This document shows, piece by piece, positions 37,198-46,200 of a stretch of 64,000 bases of DNA (positions are counted from its first letter, which is position 1; every line of letters starts with the position of its first letter). A program made the translations under genes and the position numbers. Under the pieces are notes generated by a model. The model ran no database searches. It worked only from the letters and a program-made list of their open reading frames with translations, and was not told the origin of the DNA. Origin of the DNA: a virus; the IMG/VR virus record IMGVR_UViG_3300033553_000478, positions 18,834 through 82,833 of that record. One strand, 5' to 3'.

Positions 37198-37654
37198 ATT
37201 ACCAGATAAAGTATTCTATTTCGCTATAAAAGCTCACTCTAAATATAGAGCGCTTCCGCCGGATGAATTTTATCTATGGGAAGATGCAAACCCTGAAAGG
37301 TTTTTTCGCTGGATGTGGTACTTTAAATATAGAGCTGCATTACTCACTGTGAAATATCCAAGAGGAACCATTATCGTAGACCAGGGAAGTAGACAGCCTA
37401 AATGCGAAGAAGAAGTGAACTTTATTGCAATCACTAAGCTCAGAAATAGAGTGAGAGCGAAGAAAGGGAAAATTACAGAGTACCGGAATAAGATAAAGCA
37501 ATTTGAAGAAGGCTGGAAGGAAAGGTACCCGATAGCCGGATTGGTCCCTATCGATAACGATGAGGGATATAATAATGCCAGAGAAAAAGTATTTCGCCTG
37601 CAGGGAGAATTACTATCGATGGAGCACGAACTTAAAATTTTAGAAGATGAGTGA
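37187..37654 (+). CDS. Hypothetical protein
   Basis: ATG start MGFELPDK; coiled-coil C-terminus. Confidence 0.65.
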   Translation: MGFELPDKVFYFAIKAHSKYRALPPDEFYLWEDANPERFFRWMWYFKYRAALLTVKYPRGTIIVDQGSRQPKCEEEVNFIAITKLRNRVRAKKGKITEYRNKIKQFEEGWKERYPIAGLVPIDNDEGYNNAREKVFRLQGELLSMEHELKILEDE

Positions 37655-38081
37655 TCAAAAATATGTGTTTTTCAAAAGTCGCGAAGGAGGTAAATCTGAG
37701 CGAATTGAAAAAACTGAAGATGAATTAACCAAGGAGGAAAAGGATCTGATTTATGGTAATCTGATCAATACTTGGAATAATTGTCCTAAAGAAATTCAAA
37801 TGAAATTTATGCAGGAATGTATAAGCATTGCTGGAGAAGATTTTGAATTACGTTTCCAAAGTACCAGAAATGCTTTTGAAGAAAGGATTGAGCTTGATGC
37901 TCGTATCACAGATATGGTGAATGAATGGCGCAAGGACAGATCTGGAACAGAATTATTTCATACAATGATGAAGGTGTTACATAAAAACTATTCATATGTA
38001 GAGATAACCACTGTTGGTGGACCTTTTAAACAACCAACCCTGTACGTGAAAATTCACGATGGATTACAAACTTTTAATTAA
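37647..38081 (+). CDS. Hypothetical protein
   Basis: 144 aa. Confidence 0.65.
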   Translation: MSDQKYVFFKSREGGKSERIEKTEDELTKEEKDLIYGNLINTWNNCPKEIQMKFMQECISIAGEDFELRFQSTRNAFEERIELDARITDMVNEWRKDRSGTELFHTMMKVLHKNYSYVEITTVGGPFKQPTLYVKIHDGLQTFN

Positions 38082-38098
38082 CCCTTAATTATAAATCA

Positions 38099-39211
38099 AT
38101 GTCAAACAAAGAAGAACAAATCGAAGAAGTAGAAATCGTAATCATTACCGATGAGCAAGTTGATGCTCTTCCTCAAAAAGCTGTAGCTACGGTAAGGAGT
38201 CTTAAAGGATCCTTACCTCACGCTCAGCTGCAAATTTTTATACCGGTAGTTCAAAAATATATTGAGCTTCGGGAAATGGCTTCCAAATTGAAATTGGAGC
38301 GTGATGAAAATGGAGAGATAAAAAAGGAATGTATCGAATCCTATAAAGAAGTAAAAAAATCTATTGGCTCTTTCAATGGTGATTTGAAACGTGAAATCAA
38401 GAAAATTAAGGATCCTTTGAATTCTATTAAATCAGATGTAATTTCTGTGGAAAATACATTTAAGGAAGAGTCTGACGAAATAAAAGAAGCTGTTCTGGAA
38501 GAGTTTAAGGAATATGAAGATGCTGAAACCAAGAGAAAAGAGGAAGCCAAAAAGAAAAAAGATGCGGCCCTGTTAGCTCAGATTGAAGAAGCTAATGAGG
38601 AAACTGAAGCTTTGAAACTGCAGCAGGATAAAATGAATATCTATAATGAGATCCGGGTAAACAGAATTACCAAGGATATTACAGATGCTACTGCAGATGC
38701 TCTGGATGAAATGAATGAACTATCCCTGGAAAGATTGAAAGCTGGTATTGCCCAAAAGACTTGGGAAACGATCACAGCTAATCAAAAGGTGGAACTTCTG
38801 GATGAGGATGTTCAGTCCGAGCTTATCACTGCTTTTGATAAAGCCAAGCAAAGAGCAATCGCTTCTATTGATGATAAGCTTCAAAAATATGAGGATGAGA
38901 GAGAGAAGGAAGTTACCGAGAGAGTTGAGAAAACTTCAATTCCACCGGCACCAAGCTCCAATCATATTGGAGGCTTTGGAGGTCCAAGCATTCCACCGCC
39001 ACCTTCTCCGGAAGAAGAACAGCACATTCAGACTGTGGCCACCAACGTTGTGGAAATTCACAAGAGATCTGAGCCCGATTTCATTAAGTATATCGTGGAT
39101 AAGATTGCAGCCTATGAAATGGCCGTTGATATTAAAGTTCAACAGGATGGGGCAACGCCTGGTCTTGTTACTTTGAAGAATAGATTTGTCAAATTTAACT
39201 CTGAACTGTAA
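38099..39211 (+). CDS. Long coiled-coil protein (DUF1351-like) with Pro-rich segment
   Basis: YKEVKKSIG...KREIKKIKDPL...; SIPPPPSP. Confidence 0.6.
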   Translation: MSNKEEQIEEVEIVIITDEQVDALPQKAVATVRSLKGSLPHAQLQIFIPVVQKYIELREMASKLKLERDENGEIKKECIESYKEVKKSIGSFNGDLKREIKKIKDPLNSIKSDVISVENTFKEESDEIKEAVLEEFKEYEDAETKRKEEAKKKKDAALLAQIEEANEETEALKLQQDKMNIYNEIRVNRITKDITDATADALDEMNELSLERLKAGIAQKTWETITANQKVELLDEDVQSELITAFDKAKQRAIASIDDKLQKYEDEREKEVTERVEKTSIPPAPSSNHIGGFGGPSIPPPPSPEEEQHIQTVATNVVEIHKRSEPDFIKYIVDKIAAYEMAVDIKVQQDGATPGLVTLKNRFVKFNSEL

Positions 39212-40056
39212 TGCTGAAAGACGTTAAGTTAACTCTGAAATTTCCGAAGCTTGATAAAGCTTTGGCGAAAGACAAGGATATGAGAGCCGATGATCCCCGC
39301 AAGGGTATCATCGTGCTCAATAATAATGCGATTGTAATGAATTACAATTTCTGTATTGTTATTGACCTTATGGATTATTTTACGATCGACTGTGGTATCG
39401 ACGATGATCAGGAGATTGCCGAATTAAAGAAGATCTTGTTTTATATGGATGAGAAGGTTTTCAATAAGGAATATTGGGGAGAGCTCACCAATGGAGCAAA
39501 TATGAAAATGAATGGTGACTCCCTGTTTATTGAAACCCCGAAGTACTCCAAGGATCTTCATTACAAACATCTGGAGGTAGATTTACTTGAGCCGTTGGAA
39601 AACATCAAAGCTGTATCTGAATCTGATCAGAATCTTGTAAGTACTATCGCTTTGCCGTTTGCCGCAATCAGTCAGATATACAATGTGCTATCTGCAGACT
39701 TCAAAGGTGATTATATCATATTTGAATTTGCGGACCAGACAAGGCCTGTGAAGTTTACTTTCAGGAATCGTAAGCACGTATACGGGTACATATATCCGCA
39801 TTATGATGCAGCTCAGGAAGGTTTCAAGTTTGAAACTATGAAGGAGTTCATAAGGGATGAGTATGTGCGTGATGTTCTTTCTGAACTTCAGGAGAAAAAG
39901 AAAAAGTCTTTAGCTCCACCGCCACCACCGCCAACGGAATTGATTGAGATCCCTGCAGACGAGAACCAGACAGATATGTTTGGAGGTGATATCCTTTCAG
40001 GAAAGTCCTGGCAGAGAGTTAATATGACTGTTGTAAAACCAGATGATAATGACTAA
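39211..40056 (+). CDS. Possible sliding-clamp (beta)-like protein
   Basis: DDPRKGIIVLNNNAIVMN and IIFEFADQTRPVKF...YGYIYP echo beta-clamp N- and C-terminal patterns; weak. Confidence 0.35.
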   Translation: MLKDVKLTLKFPKLDKALAKDKDMRADDPRKGIIVLNNNAIVMNYNFCIVIDLMDYFTIDCGIDDDQEIAELKKILFYMDEKVFNKEYWGELTNGANMKMNGDSLFIETPKYSKDLHYKHLEVDLLEPLENIKAVSESDQNLVSTIALPFAAISQIYNVLSADFKGDYIIFEFADQTRPVKFTFRNRKHVYGYIYPHYDAAQEGFKFETMKEFIRDEYVRDVLSELQEKKKKSLAPPPPPPTELIEIPADENQTDMFGGDILSGKSWQRVNMTVVKPDDND

Positions 40057-40768
40057 TATTTCTGCCAATACAAATAGCACGAAAGAAAATCCGGATGAAC
40101 TATATTTCACCTGGTACTTAGATGAATTAATGCATTATGGTTTCCTGAAAAATTATGACAGGGAGCCAGAAACATTAATTGTACTCCCTGCCTATGAGCA
40201 TTTAAGGCAGAAGCATTTTCAGACAAAGGCAAATGAGAATGAGAACTTTAATTTGACTCAGCCTTTGACATATACTTATGATTTCAGATTGATCTGGGAG
40301 GAAGCTGCTATTCATATTTTCACTGAAGCATTCAGGAAGGGTTTACCCTTTAAATATGGAGAACCTACATTCGTTTCGCATTACATAAAACTGCATGGCG
40401 GAGTAGAGCTGGTATCTTTTGTAGATGTAAAGCCACACGTTTCAGCTGCTAATTTTGGTGGAGGTAAATTATCTACATATTACACTTTTCCATTAATTCA
40501 GAAATTCTTAATGGCCACAAGGAACCTTTATATAAATAAGGTTATTCCGAAGAACCAAGGGAAACACGGAATCAATACTTGTCTATTTGCCAAGACGTTC
40601 ACGCCGAACCGGTATGAGTATACAGATGAAGCTAGAACCTTCAGGAAAATTCCCTGGAAGAAAACTTCAATAACTTCTTATGTAAATAAACAGAGGAATG
40701 TTCTTGATATGTTGGAGGCACAGGAAAATAAAAAGAACGCTAAAAATAATCAGCAAACTTTATTGTAA
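40043..40768 (+). CDS. Possible PD-(D/E)xK endonuclease
   Basis: DELYFTWYLDEL...YTYDF...VDVKP. Confidence 0.5.
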   Translation: MIMTNISANTNSTKENPDELYFTWYLDELMHYGFLKNYDREPETLIVLPAYEHLRQKHFQTKANENENFNLTQPLTYTYDFRLIWEEAAIHIFTEAFRKGLPFKYGEPTFVSHYIKLHGGVELVSFVDVKPHVSAANFGGGKLSTYYTFPLIQKFLMATRNLYINKVIPKNQGKHGINTCLFAKTFTPNRYEYTDEARTFRKIPWKKTSITSYVNKQRNVLDMLEAQENKKNAKNNQQTLL

Positions 40769-40995
40769 TGAAGATAGTCCACAATGCTCGGCCGAGAATT
40801 GCCGGAATGACAAGGGCAGCAGTTATGAGTGTAGCATTAACGTTGTATGGTACCAACCGTACAGCGTTAATTATCACTAAAGGAGATCCTTTCCTTTACC
40901 TTAGATTGCTCAAAGAGTATGGAGTTCAGGCGAAAGCTATTCCAATTCGTAGAGATCAAAGATTAATCGGTTATAAATTCAAAAACGTATCATAA
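40768..40995 (+). CDS. Hypothetical protein
   Basis: 75 aa, coupled. Confidence 0.6.
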   Translation: MKIVHNARPRIAGMTRAAVMSVALTLYGTNRTALIITKGDPFLYLRLLKEYGVQAKAIPIRRDQRLIGYKFKNVS

Positions 40996-41417
40996 TGAAA
41001 AACAAATTTTCCTCCGCATTGTATATTCCTTCAGGATTGATTGTAGGATATATAATATTATTTCTATTCTTATTTCTTTCCTGTTCAGTTAATGATCATC
41101 CACCTGAAAATAAACATAGCGTGATTATTGACCTGGACAATCTTGAAACATATCAATTCGCAGATCTTAATGAAACTGATTTTGACGATATGATCAAAGA
41201 GAATGGAGCAAAATTATTCAATGGCCATAGTTACAGCTATACCATTGAAGGAGATCGTATCACTTTAGAAACTGGATTGAGGCCCCTTGAAATAAGGTTG
41301 TTTACAAATGCCATTACTCCAGAGTATAGATTGTTAGAAATAAGTGATAATAACACTGTCACTTACAGGCGCACATTGTATGAATATGTTGTGCCTGTTT
41401 ATCCCTGGAGTAATTAA
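40995..41417 (+). CDS. Putative lipoprotein
   Basis: Hydrophobic leader ending LFLFLSC. Confidence 0.65.
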   Translation: MKNKFSSALYIPSGLIVGYIILFLFLFLSCSVNDHPPENKHSVIIDLDNLETYQFADLNETDFDDMIKENGAKLFNGHSYSYTIEGDRITLETGLRPLEIRLFTNAITPEYRLLEISDNNTVTYRRTLYEYVVPVYPWSN

Positions 41418-41428
41418 AAATTATAAAA

Positions 41429-42061
41429 ATGAAAAAACAAAAACCGCCTATAGGATTGTTCCCTCGAAAACTTCACGAAGAAGATAGGTACAAAAAAGTA
41501 TCTGATGCTATTTTAAGACGTATTTCAGCTGGATTGGAAGTATCTGAAGATTGGCTACAGGAATACAACGAGCTTGTAGTGAAAATGGAATTTAAGGAAG
41601 AAGAAGATGGAGAATTGATAATTCACGATCATCCCTTGAAGCCATCTGAATCAGCTAAGTTGAATCGTGGAGAATCTTTAAATGAAGAATCTGAATGGAC
41701 TCCTAAGAAACATCGAGAAAATTTGTTGTTTGCTATTAGGAACGATTTTGGCCCCGGGTGCGAAGCAATCTGTAAAGAACGCGCCAGACAGAAAGAGGTG
41801 AAAAATTTTCACGTTCATAGGGATGAGCAGCTTTATAAAAATGAACAGCTTGCTCAGGCAGCAGTATCATATGCATTGCATCCAAATCATTTGTATTTGG
41901 AAGAAAATCATACTGATAGAATGAGTCAATTTTGGCCTTGGGATCAAAAATATTGGAAGCCTACTCCTGAAGATCGCTATACAGAATTTAAAAAAGCCGG
42001 CGCTTTATTGGCTGCGCAAATTGATGTAACCATAGCTCAGAAAAGTGAAGGCCGTAATTAA
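41429..42061 (+). CDS. Phage hypothetical protein
   Basis: ERARQ...LAQAAVSYAL...WPWDQKYWKP...KAGALLAAQID, a pattern common in phage proteins. Confidence 0.7.
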   Translation: MKKQKPPIGLFPRKLHEEDRYKKVSDAILRRISAGLEVSEDWLQEYNELVVKMEFKEEEDGELIIHDHPLKPSESAKLNRGESLNEESEWTPKKHRENLLFAIRNDFGPGCEAICKERARQKEVKNFHVHRDEQLYKNEQLAQAAVSYALHPNHLYLEENHTDRMSQFWPWDQKYWKPTPEDRYTEFKKAGALLAAQIDVTIAQKSEGRN

Positions 42062-42184
42062 TCCGGAAACAGGAATCTTAGAGATTACTCCGGAGAATAA
42101 AGCAGAAAAATATTTATTAAATGGGTGGCATTCTGAGAACAAATCAAATCTCTTAAGTCACCACGTAACTATAATTGATAAGAA

Positions 42185-42586
42185 ATGAATAAAGATAAAT
42201 CACAATTGCATTCAGAAGTTTTAGCTTCTCAAGGAATAAAAGAATTAATGGAAATCTGTCACTTAGCTTCCCGAAATGGAGGTTGGTGGCACGATCTCAA
42301 AACAGGTGAGAAGCTTCAGCGAAATAAAGGTGAAATGCTTTGCCTTATTCATAGCGAGATATCCGAAGCTATGGAGGGAGAGCGCAAGGGCCTTATGGAT
42401 GATAAACTTACCCACCGCCCAATGGCTGAGGTAGAACTTGCTGATGCTGTAATCAGAATTATGGATTATGCTGCAGGGTTTAATTATGATCTGGCCGGAG
42501 CAATCATTGAAAAAATAGAATTCAATGCTCACAGAGCTGATCATAAACCTGAGAACAGATCAAAGGAAGGAGGTAAGAAGTTCTAA
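42185..42586 (+). CDS. MazG-like nucleotide pyrophosphohydrolase
   Basis: LIHSEISEAMEGERK...EVELADAVIRIMD. Confidence 0.85.
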   Translation: MNKDKSQLHSEVLASQGIKELMEICHLASRNGGWWHDLKTGEKLQRNKGEMLCLIHSEISEAMEGERKGLMDDKLTHRPMAEVELADAVIRIMDYAAGFNYDLAGAIIEKIEFNAHRADHKPENRSKEGGKKF

Positions 42587-42729
42587 TGAAAAGAGTAAAA
42601 CTAACTCACGGGACAGCTCGGGTATCTGAGGATTGTCCTGATGAGGTAATTGATATGCTGGACAAATTGTCCAGATTAGTCTATATGAAAAATATAGAAA
42701 CCGTAGAATTTGATAATAAAAAAGAATGA
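42586..42729 (+). CDS. Small hypothetical protein (47 aa)
   Basis: Manual translation MKRVKLTHGTARVSEDCPDEVIDMLDKL...; overlaps both neighbours. Confidence 0.6.
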   Translation: MKRVKLTHGTARVSEDCPDEVIDMLDKLSRLVYMKNIETVEFDNKKE

Positions 42730-43082
42730 CTACAGGAGAAAAAAGATTGGTACTGGAGAATATAATCAGTGCCACCCACACACTTCATAAAATTCAAGAG
42801 CTGCAAATTTTACCCCCTTGGCAGAAACAAATGAAGAATTATGGAAATTTATTTCTTAAAGAACTTCTTAGAGTTGAAGGATATTTTAATCAACTTGATA
42901 ATGAAACTCCGGAAGCTGTAGAACTTTATGAAGATTACTTTGATGTAATGAAGATTATTTCCAGAGTAAATATCCATCGTATGGATGATCTGCTGAAAGT
43001 GCTTCAGGCCTTTGAGAAAGAGCCCGCAATACTCACAGGAATTTGCCACAACATAATTGAGGAAAAACCTGAAGAGTCTTAA
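42726..43082 (+). CDS. Hypothetical protein
   Basis: 118 aa; last plus-strand gene. Confidence 0.65.
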   Translation: MTTGEKRLVLENIISATHTLHKIQELQILPPWQKQMKNYGNLFLKELLRVEGYFNQLDNETPEAVELYEDYFDVMKIISRVNIHRMDDLLKVLQAFEKEPAILTGICHNIIEEKPEES

Positions 43083-43130
43083 ATGTTTGTTAAGTCATTG
43101 ATAATTATATAATTAGATGAATTAAATTTG

Positions 43131-43219
43131 ACCACGTTGAAGGTTGCTGGGGGGCATACCAAGACGTGGTTTCTACCCTTCGGATCTTATACATAAATAA
43201 GCTTCCGAAGGTTTTAGAA
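43131..43219 (+). ncRNA. Candidate small structured RNA
   Basis: TAAATTTG box at 43123, two consecutive long hairpins, then terminator. Confidence 0.35.
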
Positions 43220-43222
43220 AGG

Positions 43223-43255
43223 AAAAACCCGCTGCGTAGGGGTCAGCGGGTTTTT
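43223..43255. terminator. Bidirectional terminator at convergence of blocks
   Basis: AAAAACCCGCTG-cgtaggggt-CAGCGGGTTTTT. Confidence 0.88.
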
Positions 43256-43297
43256 ATTAATGTCTATTTAAACTTAGCCTTGCGAATATAACAAAAT

Positions 43298-46200
43298 TTA
43301 AAAGATACTTCCAAGTAAATTATTGGTTGTTTGTATCGCAGGCGCAACCATCTTATTCTCTAACTTTTCCAAATTCATATAATAATTTGAATCCCAAAAC
43401 AAGTCGTTCGCCGTATCGCTGGCTAAACTGGCGCCAGCTAATCCAATTATTGTTGTCATTGCCATTCCTTTCAGACCGCTATCAAGGCGTGCTCTTTGAT
43501 CTGGTGACAAACTCTTTCTGTACTCAACGAATCCCTGTGGATCATTCATTACGTGACGGACCATTTTACCGACGGAGCGCAAGCTACCAATGTGCTGCTT
43601 TCCGTAGATATTGATATCCTCTTTTGAGAATCGATCGTGTACCATTGTTGGCAGAAACTTACTAAACTGCAGCATCATATTACCCCAGGAGTACATTTGT
43701 GCTACTCTCTGGTCAGTAGGCTGATAGCCTCTACCATGGGAAGCTTTTACTTTATCTTCAAGTTCGATGAGTCTGTGATTATCTATTGGCCATTCGCCTT
43801 CGTGATAGTTTCCATTCTCGTCGAATTTATTTAATTCTTCTTCAGTCAGCAGTCCTATCATATGCACTTGCTGAATCCACTTTTCTGAATAGATCATTGG
43901 TGATAGAGCCAGATCAGAAAATACCGCATCTAAGCCGTTTTTCTTTTCCATATTTACCTCATCATATACATTGATCTCCATAAAGTTCAGACTCTTCATT
44001 ATCCCGGCCATTCTTCGCTTCCTTGCGAGTACACCATTCAGGCCACCTTCCAAACCTTTATCCAATCCCCAGAATCTCTTTTCGCCTTCAATCCATTTTT
44101 TACCACCAAGATCTTTGATGTTGTGGTATTTCCCAACCAGTATGTTACCAATGGAATACAATCCGTAGGTGTTTTTGTTAGCCTGGTAACCCAGAGCATA
44201 AAATAAATTGAACCTCGTTAGAGCATTCAGTATTTTATCTCCATCCTTTCCTAAAGCAGACTCTTGCCTTTCCCCTTTCGTGAAATAATCTTTCCAGACT
44301 TTCTGAACGTGGATATTCATATTAGGCAAGTTGTTCTCCCTATTAAATGCAAGTACACCATCGATGTAACCTTGCAACTTTTCCATTCCTTTAAAATTCT
44401 TATTCCCGTTGACAAACAGCGTAGAATGTATGTAATCCCCAAGGGCCTTATTCAAGTCCATTGTGGGAAGCTCCGTAGCTTTTACAGATCTGTTATTGAC
44501 AAATCTGTTTATTGCTCCGAATCCTAAAGCTGTTTCCATTCCAACAGTACCGTGAATGATCTTGGATCCATCTTCATTCTTTCCAGTTTTCAAAAGCTGT
44601 AAAGCTTTTTTCTTCATTTTACGGTATTCCATAATCCTGTTAATGTCATTTTTCCTATGAACATCTGCAGAATCTCTCTTGAATATATCTTCAATATGTT
44701 TGAAGTTCATCAATTTAGTTTCTCCGGAACGTGGATCCTTGTAATTCATTTTCACATCGTAGATAGCTTCATCATCTCCCCTGGAGTTTACCATTAGTCC
44801 CAGAAGTCCTCTTGCTGAGAAAGCTTCAAGCTTGCTCATTGCCGTATGAGGGATGTAATCTTCTTTTCGCTTCTTAGCCGCTTTAGGCGGCATAAGCTCA
44901 TTGGTAGTTTTCCTGAAGAAATCATAAAAATCTTTTTCTGTTGCAGAAATATAACCTGCTTTAAATTCCCTCTCCATTTCATCCTGAGGACGTAATTTGA
45001 AATTATAGGTTAGATTGCCCTGCTTGTCTAAAACTTCCTCTCTGGTCACCAAATTGCCATACAGCCTATCATAAATCTCAGATTGTCCTATAGTGAACAT
45101 ATCTCGGATCCTTCTGATAGTTCCCATAAAAGTACGCTTGGAGCCATAGCCCAATTTCTCTTTATAGAGGGCGTCAGTGATCTTATTCATTTCCCGCATA
45201 TACTTTGACTTCTCATTGATAAAGGTCTTGTATTCCTTCTCCAGCATCCTTGCCAGTGATTGCGCAGCCGGGTGATTGGAAGGAATAGTTGAACCACTTA
45301 TCATATATGCCTGAAATTTGGAAATATCCTGCCCATCATAACCCTTGCCCTCTACCTCATTATCTTTCCAAAGCTTTGCCTGGTCACTGGCTAAATGTCC
45401 TGCGAGCTTTTTGATAATAGGCGTCATTACAATAGAGTAAGCATAAACATCTTTCTCCCCGTAGGTAGAGTATAGATCCAGAAGTTCATCTGCAGTCTTG
45501 CTATCCAGAGTAGGAATAAGAGTTTTAGCCAATTCATTGGCGGCTTTTTTATCCTTCACATAGTTCGCATAATTTTTCTCCTTAATGGATTTGTCTGTAA
45601 GTGGGTTGTACTCCATAGCTTCGTCAAATTCCCCAGGAGTAAGCAGTTCCTCTTTCTCGAACATAGGCAAATCGAATTCTTCTTTTGCATCCATTCCCTC
45701 AACACTTACAGGCTGATTAGCCAAGCGCTCTCTCATTCGAGCGCTGGCTTCTTCATAACTAATGGTAGCTTCAGTAAGTGAATCCATATTTTCCCGGGTA
45801 TCGTAATTAGGACTTGGCGTCCAGCTTCCCGGGATATTCTTGTCTTCGATAAGTGCAAGGTCGATATCAGCATTGTATCGTTTCTTTCCTTTATCATAGG
45901 AAAGTGCATTCGGTACCAGAGTGATATTCTCCTTGGCTAACTGAATCAATCTAATCTTTCTGGAAGATGCAGTTCTTTCACTTAAGATCTGCGGTAGAAA
46001 TTCTGCCATATCTGCCACTTCAAATAAAGCCGGCTTACCATCAGACCAAACGCTGAGGTACATTCCACCAGGCTTTTGAAGTCTTTGAATAACAGCTTCA
46101 TTTACATACTTGCCATCTTTTTGCTCGAAGATCTTGTTTACCACATTCCCAACACTCTCAAGCTTATCATTCTTTCCTAAGTAGATTTTCTGGAATGAAT

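Noticed and set aside
42586-42725. Possible structured RNA (GGACAAATTGTCC dyad) in an apparent gap
   Set aside because: The gap is filled by a 47-aa ORF coupled to both neighbours
11861-43082. Apparent CATG avoidance (frequent CAC-G)
   Set aside because: CATG does occur in several places; the impression cannot be supported without an observed/expected k-mer count
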